DNA from: Octopus vulgaris
Lineage: Eukaryota
Assembly: GCA_951406725.2 (NCBI GenBank)
Contig: OX597817.1
Span: 23,932,001 to 23,996,000, forward strand
Reading direction: 5' to 3'
DNA: 64,000 nt
Positions 39,170 to 52,547 of the stretch are shown here, piece after piece. The position numbers were made by a program, and so were the translations under genes. The notes beneath the pieces are model-generated. The model was not told the origin of the DNA and ran no database searches. It worked only from the letters and a program-made list of their open reading frames with translations. Within the stretch, counting starts at the first letter, position 1, and every line of letters begins with the position of its first letter.

Positions 39170-39375
39170 TTTGCAACAGGTATTATTTTTGAAAATGCAT
39201 AGTGGCATTTCGACCGTGTTTTATGTTCTGAGTACCAATTTCCGCAAAGGTCGACTGACTTTCATCCTTTTCCGCTCGATAAAATAAGTACCAGTTGAAC
39301 ACTGGGATCGATGTAATTGACTTATTCCAACCTCCAGAATTTCTAGCCTTGTACTAAAATGTCAAACCATTATTT
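39170..39375 (+). mobile_element. Old SINE-A-related copy
   Basis: CTTTCATCCTTTTCCGCTCGATAAAATAAGTACCAGTTGAACACTGGG. Confidence 0.65.
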
Positions 39376-40091
39376 TTCGAACTGAAAGAATTCCTGAAAT
39401 AAGGGGTGAAGAATAGCTTCAAACCTTTTTGTTCTTTTTATTTGTTTTGCTTTTTTTTTTCTATTGCAATCATGTCTTCCATTTACGAGGTTCCTACGGC
39501 ATTTTCATTTCATTGAAAACAATATTTCTTTTAATTAAAAAACATTGCTGGCACACCCTACACTTCCTTTTAATACCTGGTTGCTCATCAGTCACTGTGT
39601 TGTTGGACTTTGCAATGGTCTAAGGTAATTGATTTCCAGCAACTTGTATAAAATTTATAAATAATGTCCAAGCAAACAATAGAGCTATAGTTTTCTGCCA
39701 AGAATGTATTTTTATTCTTGGCTGCAAGATTTGACTGCACTTTTACAACCAAACAGTTTTGCATATCAATTTCGTCTTCCTTTACACTAATAAATTTCGT
39801 TCTGATGTCTTCTCCTTTCTGCAACTAACCCACAAATTTTTAAGAAAATTTTCATTCCTTTGTTAAACATTAGCGTTGATAAAACGGCAAATTGACAGCG
39901 TCAGCGTCCTTAGATCGTAGGAATGAATGCCTTGTGGTGTTTGTTCTAAATTTTCCTTCTCTGCGTTCAAAACCCTATGAAGTTAATTTCGTCTATCAGT
40001 CATTCAGGTTTGAAAACAAAATATCAATCGAAGACTGTGCCTTGACGAATCTGTTATATCATCGAACAGAATGTCTGACAGACTCCGTTCG

Positions 40092-40412
40092 GATTGTGTT
40101 TAAATCCACGTTACTTTATTATCGAAATCGCTTGTTTTAATTTTTTTTTTTCATTCATGACCTTGGACTTGGACCAAAAGGACTTAATCTTTCCCAGTGA
40201 AGAAACTCATTGCACAGAAATACTTTGCTTATTTCATGCTCGATATAAAGATTGTGTTTAAATCCACGTTGCTTTATAATCGAAATCGCTTATTTAATTT
40301 TTTTTTTTCCTTCTTGACCTTGGACTTGGACCAAAAGGACTTAATCTTTCCCAGTGAAGAAACTCCTTGTACAGAAATATTTCGCTTATTTCATGCCCGA
40401 TATAAAGATTGT
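40092..40412. repeat. 158-bp tandem duplication with GATTGT at the boundaries
   Basis: GATTGTGTTTAAATCCACG at 40092 and 40250; GATTGT again at 40407. Confidence 0.9.
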
Positions 40413-40908
40413 AGGATACAGACAAGAGTGTTAAATGATGGTCCGTTCATACATTTTCGGTTTACTAGTCAAATTCTTGAGACTATACTTTAAATATCAC
40501 TCGTCTCATCAAAGTGGAGTTTAGAACCTCCGCAATTTTTAATCCGTATTTTATTAGGCCGTATTTGACGTATAGAGGTTATTATTTACCTTATAATAAT
40601 GTCTAAACGTTTACTCTGTGGAGACAGTTGTTAGTGTGTACTTCTCGTTTTGTTATCCACTTGCCTGACGCATGTCGGCTAATATCATTACCACGCACAA
40701 TGTAAATATGACATAGGTGTTGTTCTTGAGTGACAGAATCTGTGTGCAAAGAGATATTGATTGTCCACTACTTGTTATCACGTGTTTTCTTTAACAATAT
40801 TACCAATAACCTCCGACCTACGAGTCGTTGGAATTTTTCCAACTCTCGTCAATATGATAAGTAGCTTAACGATATTTCAGAGAATTTCGAAAAACTTTCA
40901 AGATTGCA

Positions 40909-40949
<41 letters not shown>

Positions 40950-41484
40950 TTGTATATGTTCTTTAGTTATTTCTTTCTTATTTGTTTTGATACAGAAATA
41001 AAATAGCGTTGAGTGATAGTTATGATGGTAGCGATGGTGATGATGGAAGTAATAAGAACGGTGGTTGTGATTATGATGATGGAAGCGATTAAGTCGACAG
41101 TTTGTTAAGATTTTCATCGATCACTGCTAAAGCAGATTTTTTCACTGGATTTTCATGTCTTTAGAAAACCGACAAACATTACAAGAGTTCAAAAAGAAAA
41201 ACAATCAATATTTGTGACAACTATTTTTCGGGTGGCAAAATATGCCCGCTGTGGAAAATGTTTTAGATGTGTTTTAAGTTGGGTGGGATTTCATTCCAAT
41301 AGTTCTTGAACCGCTTCATATAGCCGATAGAAATATTTTCTAAAGAATATTCTAATAGCAGTCCAATACATTTCGACATAAATATAACGATCAAGTAAAG
41401 TGATTGTTTACTGCCTCTGTATCCTTTAATCACAGATTCGATAGTGTTGTTGTGGATAGTATTCCTGTTAACAGCATCTGTTTT

Positions 41485-41695
41485 ACTATTTTACTATTTT
41501 ACTTGTTTCAGTTATTTCACTGTGGCCATGCTGGAGTACCGCCTTTAGTTGATCGAGCAAATCGACCCCAGGACTTATTCTTTATAAGCCTAGTACTTAT
41601 TCTTTCGGTCTCTTTTGCCGAACCACTAATGTTACAGGAACGTAAACACATCAGCATCGGTTGTCAAGCGATGTTGGGGAACAAACACAGACACA

Positions 41696-41782
<87 letters not shown>

Positions 41783-41932
41783 ATGTATATATACATACAT
41801 ATACATATATACGACGGGCTTTTTCCAGTGTCCGTCTACCAAATCCACTCACAAGGCTTTGGTCTGCCCGAGGCTATAGTAGAAGACATTTGCCCAAGGT
41901 GCCACGCAGTGGGAATGAACCCGGAACCATGC
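41485..41932 (-). mobile_element. SINE-B, 5'-truncated
   Basis: Matches the family. Confidence 0.88.
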
Positions 41933-42182
41933 AGTTCGTAATAATCATCGAATGTAGTTTGCCCGTTATAAAAAAGTATTGCATACTCTCCCTGTAGTAG
42001 AACTAGTCTATTTCTTTGTTCGAAGTTGAGAATGTAAAATCATTTATACGTTTTTGTTTGTTTGTGTTTTGGGTTTTCTTTTACCCCTGAGAGAGCTTCA
42101 AGTGAATGGTGGGCAGAAAAGTATACCTGCAGTGCTGAACATAAATACACTCACGGACTTCTTACCCTTCACCCAGCAGAAT

Positions 42183-42464
42183 GGAATGGAAGCACTCCGT
42201 CGGTTACGACGATGAGTGTTCGTGAAATTAACGTGTAAGTGGCTGAGCACTCCACAGACACGTGTGCCCTTAACGTAGTTCTCGGGGATATTCAGCATGA
42301 CACAGAGAGTGACAAGGCCGGCCCCTTGAAATACAGGTACAACCTCGTGGTGTTTTTAGGTGTTTTCGCTCAATAAACACTCACAACGCCCGGTCTGGGA
42401 ATCGAAACCGCGATCCTATGACCGCGAGTCCGCTGCCCTAACCACTGGGCCATTGCGCCTCCAC
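42183..42464 (-). mobile_element. SINE-C with internal deletions
   Basis: TSD CACCCAGCAGAAT on both sides. Confidence 0.88.
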
Positions 42465-42520
42465 ACCCAGCAGAATATCAAGGATGTGATATGTTGAGGA
42501 GAGAAAGAAAGATAGAAAGC

Positions 42521-42568
<48 letters not shown>

Positions 42569-42737
42569 CAGACGGACAGACAGCTATACCATCGGTCTGT
42601 TAGTACTTAGTTGCACCCGAGTTGATAGAATCAGTGTGCAATGATGTACCTTGCTTAAGGCCGCAATTCATTCCACGATCCAGTATTTGAACCCACTTTA
42701 TAATCACGTGCCCATCAAACTAATTGGCCAAATACCT

Positions 42738-42915
42738 ATTTCTTTACTACCTACAAGGGGCTAAACACAGAGAGGACAAACAAGGACAGACAAACGGATT
42801 AAGTCGATTATATCGACCCCAGTGCGTAACTGGTCCCTAATTTATCGACTCCGAAAGGATGAAAGGCAAAGTCAACCTCGGAGGAATTTGAACTCAGAAC
42901 GTAAAGGCAGACGAA
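42738..42915 (-). mobile_element. Headless SINE-A with TSD
   Basis: AATTGGCCAAATACCT on both sides. Confidence 0.85.
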
Positions 42916-42965
42916 ATTGGCCAAATACCTTCAATGCGCACAGACACGCACACACACATGCACAA

Positions 42966-43019
<54 letters not shown>

Positions 43020-43412
43020 AGATCTGTTTATATGTGTGTATACACACATGTGTGTATGTATGTGTGCGTGAGTGCCTGAGTATGTTTGTGCGTCTGTGTA
43101 TATAAGAGTAACATGTCTGTAGTAGACAGGATGAAATAGATTGTTTTTTATATACCCACATAAATGAATTATGAACCTATATACATAAATGTATGTGTAT
43201 GTGAGTTTGAGCGTGTATGTGTATGTGTGTGTGCGCGCGGTCATAAAACTGTGCACATATTTTACACTTCTGGGAATACTCAAACTGGGTAGAACCTTCG
43301 CTGTGGTGATTCTCCTGGAGGAGAAATGCTCCGTATTAGATCACGAGTTTGAAAACACACCGAATTGGGCTACGAAGGACGTTATCGGAGAGGAAAGAAT
43401 GAGTTTCAGTAT

Positions 43413-43625
43413 ACTCTCTTTACTCTTTTACTTGTTTCAGTCATTTGACTGCGGCCATGCTGGAGCACCGCCTTTAATCGAGCAACTCGACCCTGGGACT
43501 TATTCTTTTTGTAAGCCCAGTACTTATTCTATCGGTCTCTTTTGCCGAACCGCTAAGTAACGGAGACATAAACACACCAGCATCGGTTGTCAAGCAATGC
43601 TAGGGGGACAAACACAGACACACAA

Positions 43626-43666
<41 letters not shown>

Positions 43667-43817
43667 ACAGGCTTCTTTCAGTTTCCGTCTACCAAATCCA
43701 CTCACAAGGCATTGGTCGGCCCGAGGCTATAGCAGAAGACACTTGCCCAAGATGCCACGCAGTGGGACTGAACCTGGAACCATGTGACTGGTTAGCAAGC
43801 TACTTACCACACAGCCA
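43413..43817 (-). mobile_element. SINE-B
   Basis: Matches the family. Confidence 0.9.
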
Positions 43818-44089
43818 CGTTTTAACACGTCCATATTAAATATAACTTTATTTTAATCATTGCTGCTGCTTAGTGTGCCTTTAATTACTGAATTCATTAA
43901 ATCCAACTTTAACAAATTTACAACCTACCACGCTGTCGATGAAGGAGAATCCCCCCCCTCGAGACAGTTACAGCAGCAAACGCCTTTCAGGTTTGAGTCT
44001 ACACGAACTTATACACAGCTTCATTCTAACCATCGTTGCCTCATGTGCTCTTAATTCGTGTTTGTGTGAGTTTGAAAGTATGTATGCTT

Positions 44090-44245
44090 TTTTTCTCTCC
44101 TTGTTTTTTTTTTTGTCCCTTTCCGTAGAGGAGCGTAGGCTCGAAACGTAAAAGACTTTTTCTATTCCTGAGCGTTATACTAATACATCTGTTTATTTTG
44201 TACACCACATGTCTTCGTCTTTTGTTTTTTTCGTAAACTCTCCTA
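44090..44245 (+). mobile_element. Solo Penelope-like pseudo-LTR (P1)
   Basis: GAGCGTAGGCTCGAAACGTAAAAGAC..CCTGAGCGTTA; matches 18250-18422. Confidence 0.7.
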
Positions 44246-44652
44246 TGCATGTACACACACACACACATCGTATTAAGTAAATGTTTGTTCGTTTTTGATG
44301 TTCAACTCCAAGGAAATGCTCACTCGGAGTTATCCCTGTTATCTTTTCTATTTTCTAATTATACAATTTACGTTATGTTATGAATATTCTATATTCTTTT
44401 ATATATGTCTATGCCTTACGTTTGTTGGAGTAGTGACAACTGCTGGTGGAAATATCTATGGAGACTGAAACACTGTTGTACTGGTCTACTGAAAGTATTG
44501 ATGATAAAATAATGAAAGACATACAATTGTTGTAACCGGATGATTAATACACGTTTTTGCCGATTATTACAGGTCTATAAAAGTCTTGAAATGCTGGGGT
44601 TTTTTGTAGTTTTCCAAGAATTTAAGGAAACTCAGCCGCTTCTTCGAAATCA

Positions 44653-44884
44653 TATTTCTTTACAAAACAAAACGTGCTAAACACAGAGGGAACAAACAAG
44701 GATAGAAAAACGGATTAAGTCGATTATATCGACCCCAGTGCGTAACTGGTATTTAATTTATCGGCCCTGAAAGGATGAAAGGCAAAGTCGACCTCGGCGG
44801 AATTTGAACTTAGAACGTAACGGCAGACGAAATATGGCTACACATTTCGCCCGGCGTGCTAACGTTTCTGCCAGCTCACCGCTT
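44653..44884 (-). mobile_element. SINE-A
   Basis: Matches the family; TSD-like CTTCTTCGAAAT. Confidence 0.88.
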
Positions 44885-45444
44885 CTTCGAAATTCAATCG
44901 ATTAATGGTAGAGCGGAAACTTGTAAAACATTTCAAAGCTTCACCATCTAAATTTTCTCCAATGAATAAATGCAGTCACATATATGCACACGGCATTCAC
45001 ATATATATATATATATATATCAACAATAAAGGAACGGCCATAATAGGCCATTCACCCACTAGAAATAACAGCCAAAGCTTCAACCGCAAATAAAAGTTAA
45101 TTCAGTAAACCAGGAGAAAATTTAAAAAACATTTACCCTGTAATTTCTTATACGATATACCGTTTCATCTGCTGATTAATGGTAAACTAACCTGATTAAA
45201 TTAAATCAAGCCAATCTTCCACAGGCCCTCAGATTCTTCAGTAAGAAATAGCCCAAGACGGAACAGATATTTTCACGAGGCATTTCCGACGTTGCCAAGT
45301 TTATATCTGACCTAAAATTTTCAAATCGTCGCACTCGCGCCAAATTTATCGGCAGCAAATAAATATAAGCCGTCGATTCCATTACGGAATTAACCAGAAA
45401 ATTCATAATTAATCAATATAGGGTGCCACCCTATATTGATTAAT

Positions 45445-45476
<32 letters not shown>

Positions 45477-45786
45477 AGTAATCAAACACGCGCAGTTGTG
45501 TACTAATACGACGTGCTTCAATTGCATGTGTGGAAGCATATCTGTGAAAATACCTGCGTATATAGGCAGTAACTGAATTACTTATTCACAAACTCCTAGA
45601 ACTGTATTGATTCAAACAAAAAAGCCTTGACACTTTCTTTGTGATCGGCTTACGTTTTGCAAATAATTCCAAAAGTAAAAGCACACGTGTTTGGAGTGTG
45701 CGTGCATGTATGTATGTGTGTATGTGTGTGGGTGAATGTGTGTGTATACCCACGCATGTGAACATACTCCCTCTTTTTTTTTTTTT

Positions 45787-46004
45787 TACTCTTTTACTTG
45801 TTTCAGTCATTTGCCTATGGCCATGCTGGAGCACCGCCTATAGTCGAGCAAATCGACCCCATGACTTATTCTTTCGATGCTTAGTACTTATTCTATCGGT
45901 CTCTTTTGCCGAACCGCTAAGTTACGGTGACGTAAACACACCTGCATCAGTTGTCAAGCGATGTTGGAGGGACAAACACAGACACACAAACATACACATA
46001 CACA

Positions 46005-46079
<75 letters not shown>

Positions 46080-46252
46080 GCATATATACGACGGGCTTCT
46101 TTCAGTTTCCGTCTACCAAATCCACTCACAAGGCTTTGGTCGGCCCGAGGTTATAGTAGACGACCCTTGCCCAAGGTGTCACGCACTGGGAATGAACCCG
46201 GAACCATGTGGTTGGTAAGCAAGCTACTTACCACACAGCCACTACTACGCCT
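45787..46252 (-). mobile_element. SINE-B
   Basis: Matches the family. Confidence 0.9.
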
Positions 46253-47171
46253 AATATACCTTTTAAAGTTGAAGATAATTTCTGTTTAGATATATTTAGC
46301 CTAATAGGAACCTTAACCTCTTACCTGCAACCTTAAGTACGATGTGTGTTGTCACCATGAAAGTACACCCATAAAACTCAAGGCGTAATATTCGTAGTGA
46401 CTTTAAATAGTGCTGTTTTTGTTGTTGCTGCTTAATCCCCAAGTCATTACAGATTGAGTAGGTGAAGGAGCAGAAATGTTCTAGCCATGACCATCCAGTA
46501 TTACTCAAGGCTTCATGTATCTAAAAATATAATCCAGTGTAGTATTAGAAACGACCCTTTATTTATTTTAAACAGGTAAAGTTAAATGTAATGGAATTTT
46601 GGCAGATTTTTTTTATCAGGTCGAGCTACCACATCAAGATCTTTTTATTGACTTGACTTTGAGCGATTTAGTTTTGTATTGCTTATTAACGGAGATGGCA
46701 TAGTGATTATTTGTTTGTTACCTGTAGTTACTTTATCGAAGCGCTGTTTGAATGAGATTAAGGTTGTCATATTTCCGTTTCTATGCTTTTACTAAACGTC
46801 AAGTCAATGATTATGTCACAGAAGATATGTTTACCACCAAACTTCGCAAATGATCATCTACATAAAAATGGTTTTGCTAACACAGCTTTTGGAAGGAAAA
46901 AAAAAACTCGTATCTAACTAGATAGCAAGTTCGCGAATTTTGACGTCAAAGGAGCTGCAATCGGAATATCAACGGATAACACACTTTCTGGGTTCTCAGT
47001 TGAAAGCCTAAACTCAAAAGATATACGAAACAATCAACTAAATTTATTACATCCCTATCCATTTTAGTTGGATCGAACTTCTTCGTCTTTAGAGCTCGGA
47101 ACACGACAAACTCTGGATATGCCGCCGTTCTGAAAGCCAGTACTTCTGAAGGGCTTGGTCAATTTATATAC

Positions 47172-47404
47172 CTATTTCTTTACTACCCACAAGGGGCTAA
47201 ACATAGAGGGGACAAATAAGGACAGACAAACGGATTAAGTCGATTACATCGACCCCAGTGCGCAGCTGGTACTTATTTAATCGACCCCGAAAGGATGAAA
47301 GGCAAAGTCGACCTCGGCGGAATTTGAACTCAGAACGCAGCGGCGGACGAAATAACGCAAAGCATTTCACCCGGCGTGCTAACGTTTCTGCCAGCTCGCC
47401 GCCT
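47172..47404 (-). mobile_element. SINE-A
   Basis: Matches the family; TSD-like TCAATTTATATA. Confidence 0.9.
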
Positions 47405-48452
47405 TTTGTTCAATTTATATATCACTAAAACTCAGTGAATGCTTGCTTGCGTGCGTGTTTGTCTGTAATTTAATACAGCCAAACCGGGGCACAATAGGAA
47501 AATACTCTCAAAGTAAGGTATCCCTGAAATGTGGATACAAGCAGAATGAAACAAGTATCACATAAATTGGACCATGGGTTCCCGAGATACACATTTTTTT
47601 TCGGGTACCTTGAACTATTGGTGACCCAACAGGTCACGGGTAGTCTAGTAGGTCCTAGAAGTTCGACGTTATAGCAGGAGTGTTAACTAACGCTTGTCAC
47701 CAAGATACCTGTGGATGGCCATGATGCGTTTTATGTGCAATATATAAGACCCTTCTATCTTAGCAAAAACCTTGAGTCAATTACTGATTGCAATGTGATT
47801 CAAAACGTCAAACTTAAATTGTAAACTGAATTTCAATTGAATTCGTTACTCTTCTCCTGTGGAGGTGCGAACTGTCGAACACTCTGTCAGATAATATGAT
47901 GAAGACGACAGAAACTCAGCGCACATTTTGGTTAAACCGGACACGATAATGTGCTGTAAACGTTACGGAAATTTCTTTCTCACGAAGCCCAAGAAACATC
48001 TCTTATGTTGGAGCAGCTATATATCCATTCTATTGCCATCATTTATAGCAACCATATTAGACCCTCAACAACGGAACTTCAACTACGGACCTGAGAAGAT
48101 CTTCCAATCTATGTTTTGGGTACCAATACCACGGCTAAGATTATACCAGGACATTTCAATGTTTAGTATTTAGATCACAACAATAGCAGCAGACCACTTT
48201 TTTAAAAATAATACCCGGCCTAAGTCATTCTAGCATGTGTCAAACTTGGCTTAAAAGCAAATCCATCAATTTAAATACAAAAAAAAGCATATAATTCAAG
48301 ACATTCCAGCTGTGGACTCCTGTCATTATATCTAGGAAGGCACCAACCAATGTGAACTTCTCTTTTTAAAATGGTAAGATGTAATATGAAGAAGCTTTAG
48401 CTGCTATTTCTAGCAAGGCGAATGCTCTATAGAGGTTTTCTTTCTCTGTGTG

Positions 48453-48515
<63 letters not shown>

Positions 48516-48544
48516 TTATGTACATGCACATAGATACACACATA

Positions 48545-48943
48545 GGCGCAGGAGTGGCTGTGTGGTAAGTAGCTTGTTTACCAACCACATGGTTCCGGGT
48601 TCAGTTCCACTGCGTGGCACCTTGGGCAAGTGTTTTCTACTATAGCCTCGGGCCGACCAAAGCCTTGTGAGTGGATTTGGTAGACGGAAACTGAAAGAAG
48701 CCCGTCGTATATATGTACATATATATATGCGTGCGTGTGTTTGTGTGTCTGTGTTTGGCCCCCTAGCATTGCTTGACAACCGATGCAGGTGTGTTTATGT
48801 CCCCGTGTCTTAGCGGTTGGGCGAAAGAGACCGATAGAATAAGTACTGGGCTTACAAAATAATAAGTACCGGGGTCGATTTGCTCGATTAAAAGGCGGTG
48901 CTCCAGCATGGCCGCAGTCAAATGACTGAAACACGTAAAAGAG
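48545..48943 (+). mobile_element. SINE-B
   Basis: Matches the family. Confidence 0.9.
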
Positions 48944-49336
48944 TATACACATGCACGCACACACACACATAAACGCACACACACACACATACATATATAG
49001 TCATTATCAACACAGAAAATGCAGTCCCAGCTTTATAAAACATAAGCGAATTTAAGTTAATCAACTGATAGTATTATTCAAGGTAATTGGGCATATTACG
49101 AATACAATCGACTTAGACTCATTACGTATACAATTGACAGAATTGCGTATACAATCGACATATTAGGTATACAATTACAGGATGTGAAGAAGTAGGATAG
49201 TGTTAAGAGAAGATGAATAAACAGTCGATTCGAAAAGGGTGGTGGAGACCATGTCACCTTCGTACAGATTCAGGCAGGCAGGCAGACAGGCACACACTCA
49301 CACACATATTTACGCACAGTAGAGAGGAGAGAGTAA

Positions 49337-50140
49337 TCTATATATATAAAAGTGAGGTTGTGTGGCGTCTGTCTCCTACGATTTAGATTCCTAACTACTC
49401 CCACATTTTGCGGTGCAGTTTAACCAAAAGCGGGTATCTTATAGTCGTGATTCATATCGAGCCCTTCTGGGTATTAGTGTGCGTCTACGATGAGTCTACG
49501 ATTTTAAAAATAATTTACCATCATTTTTTCCCATTTTCATGCATATTTTTTTAAAGGGAAGTAACTCTCTAAAAATGTCTACGATGAGTCAACGATTTTT
49601 AAAAAAATTTACCATAATTTTTTTTACATTTTTAATGCATTTTTTGCTATTTTTTGGCTATAACTCTCTAAAAATGCTTTATAGTTATTTCCCTTACAAA
49701 CCCGAGCAACGCCGGGCGATGCTGCTAGTCTATATATATAAAAGTGAGGTTGTGTGGTGTCTGTCTCCTACGATTTAGATTCCTAACTACTCCCACATTT
49801 TGCGGTGCAGTTTAACCAAAAGCGGGTATCTTATAGTCGTGATTCATATCGAGCCCTTCTGGGTATTAGCGCGCGTCTACGATGAGTCTACGATGAGTCT
49901 ACGATTTAAAAATAATTTACCATAATTTTTCCGCATTTTCAATGCGTTTTCGCTCGGTTTATATAGGGGAAGTAACTCTCTAAAAATGTATTATTAAATC
50001 TCAGAACGTAAAAAGCTACAGTAACACCCCCCCTCTTTGTGGTTAGCCATATTGAGATGGCTATTATACTTTACATCTCTAAAAATGCTTATATAGTTAT
50101 TTCCCTTACAAACCCGAGCAAAGCCGGGCGATACTGCTAG
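49337..50140 (+). mobile_element. Head-to-tail Helitron dimer (49337-49728 and 49729-50140)
   Basis: A|TCTATATATATAAAAG...CCCGAGCAACGCCGGG..CTAG|TCTATATATATAAAAG...CTAG|T; no TSD. Confidence 0.92.
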
Positions 50141-50338
50141 TATGAAATAATACTGAGGTGTGTGCTTAGCTGTTACAGAAAATTATGGTATCGCAAAGCA
50201 AAAGATGTGTACCGTATAACTGAAATATTGATGAAGTAGAATTTAAAAGGTGAACCGGGGATTTATAACTGAAACTCAGAATACATCAAATTTGTTGTCT
50301 GTGCATGGCAGAAGAATCAATTCGGCCATGAATAACTT

Positions 50339-50957
50339 GTTTCTTTACTACCCACAAGGGGCTAAACACAGAGAAGACAAACAAGGACAGACAAACGGAT
50401 TAAGTCGATTACATCGACCCCAGTGCATAACTGGTACTTAATTTATCGACCCCGAAAGGATGAAAGGCAAAGTCGACCTCGACGGAATTTGAACTCAGAA
50501 CGTAGCGGCAGACGAAATACCTATTTCTTTACTACCCACAACGGGCTAAACACAGAGGGGACAAACAAGGACAGACAAACGGATTAAGTCGATTACATCG
50601 ACCCCAGTACTGGTACTTAATTTATCGACTCCAGTACTGGTACTTAATTTATCGACTCCGAAAGGATGAAAGGCAAAGTCGACCTCGGTGGAATTTGAAC
50701 TCAGAACGTAGCCGCAGCCGAAATACCTATTTCTTTACTACCCACAAGGGGCTAAGCACAGAGGTGACGAACAAGGACAGACAAACGGATTAAGTCGATT
50801 ATATCGACCCCAGTGCGTAACTGGTACTTATTTAATCGACCCCGAAAGGATGAAAGGCAAAGTCGACCTTGGAAGAATTTGAACTCAGAGCGTAGCGGCA
50901 GACGAAATACCGCTAAGCATTTCGTCCAGCAGGCTAACGATTTTGCCAGCTCGCTGT
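50339..50957 (-). mobile_element. SINE-A trimer (one head plus two headless units)
   Basis: Two GAAATACCTATTTCTTTACT junctions at ~50514-50533 and ~50720-50739. Confidence 0.9.
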
Positions 50958-51276
50958 CCTGAATAACCATGAGATTGCACCTAGAGAGTTATTCTCCGAG
51001 GTACATGTCAGGGAAAAGTTGTTTACGGAGGACCAGTAGTCACCCATGCATACCAGTCTCTCCTCTCCGCGCCACCGATGTTATCCGAGGAAAAGGAAAA
51101 GGTCGATACAGCTTGGCACCAGTGATGTCGCAACACATTTCTACAGCTGAGTGAACTGGAGCAACATGAAATAAAGTGTCTTGCTCAAGAACACAACATA
51201 CAACCCAGTTCGGGAATCGAACTCACTAGTTTGTGATTGTGAGCCCAACGCTCTAACCATTGAGCCATGTGCCTTC
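50958..51276 (-). mobile_element. CORE-type tRNA SINE with a third tail type
   Basis: Minus GAAGGCACATGGCTCAATGGTTAG..GAGTTCGATTCC..TGTGTTCTTGAGCAAGACAC..CCAGTTCACTCAGCTG, then a tail distantly similar to 20345-20450. Confidence 0.78.
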
Positions 51277-51719
51277 AAAAAAAATATTGCACTCTTCTCG
51301 AATTTACGTGTCCAGTAAACTTCTGCGTCACTACATGGGAAATATACAAAGCCCATAGAAACTCACGTTATTTTATTATCTTTACATTTTAAATATTAAA
51401 ATTGTTTAAACTCATTTAATTGAAATTCCCCATAATACACTTTATTGAAATTAATTCAATACGCTATATTTACACAACATTCCTAAACGGACACACTCGC
51501 ACACGCATGCTCATGTACACAAACTAAATCCACAAAAATCGATTTGTTGATTTTAATTAGCAACAACTTATTAAGTTCATTGAAGACAGTTCCGAGAGGC
51601 TAATGAACTTTTCTTTTATTTCTTTTGATGGAAGAGGAGTCAATACAACTATGAAAGAAGTTTGAAAATGCTGTTGTATAGGAAAAGTACAACAAACATT
51701 GTAATGCTATGTATGTATA

Positions 51720-51798
<79 letters not shown>

Positions 51799-52144
51799 TT
51801 TGATTTGCAGTTTCATTAAATTGTGTCAATCTTTATATGTGAACTGATTTGTTCGTGCAAGATGCCTAGTGTTTGCAAATGTCCAATGCTTCAACTTCAA
51901 TAAGTAAAATATGTAATACATTAAAAAGTAACGAAAAGACGAGCGTTCAAAAGGCTGAAATTTACATCTCCACTTTAGATCCAGTGTTAAATACACAACA
52001 GATGTGTTACTCAGATGGGTGTGTTGTGAAGAACATTCCTTCGTAAACCCAGGGTTCTTGGTTCTATATAATAGCTTCGTGTGTGCTCCGAGATCTATTA
52101 CAAAAATTAGATCATGTTCTCTCGAAAAGTTTATAAACTTTTAT

Positions 52145-52189
<45 letters not shown>

Positions 52190-52223
52190 CAAAAGTATTA
52201 AAAGTTTAATAATTTATTAATAT

Positions 52224-52273
<50 letters not shown>

Positions 52274-52275
<2 letters not shown>

Positions 52276-52453
52276 ACCTCGTGTGTAGTGTTGGCGATTA
52301 TTTTTCTCTCTTCCCTTCTCCTATGTTTCCGATGAAGAGCTCCGCTCAAAACGTTAAATCCTCCTTCTTTCCTTCTTTCCTGAGCGTCCAAAAATACTAT
52401 ATTTGTTCCACGTCCTCGCGTTGTTGTGTTTTTTTGTGCTTTCTTGTTTGGAT

Positions 52454-52458
<5 letters not shown>
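52274..52458 (+). mobile_element. Solo Penelope-like pseudo-LTR (P2) with a hammerhead-like motif
   Basis: CCGATGAAGAGCTCCGCTCAAAACGTTA; matches 58634-58832; flanked by (TA)n. Confidence 0.7.
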
Positions 52459-52500
<42 letters not shown>

Positions 52501-52547
52501 GCGTGCACACACACACACACAAATACGTACGTACGTATGTATGTAGT

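Noticed and set aside
44434-44480. Hammerhead-like ACAACTGCTGG..TGAAACACTGTTGT
   Set aside because: The core deviates at essential positions.
47410-47648. Possible old Helitron ending CACGGGTAGTCTAG
   Set aside because: No clear 5' TC or intact hairpin.
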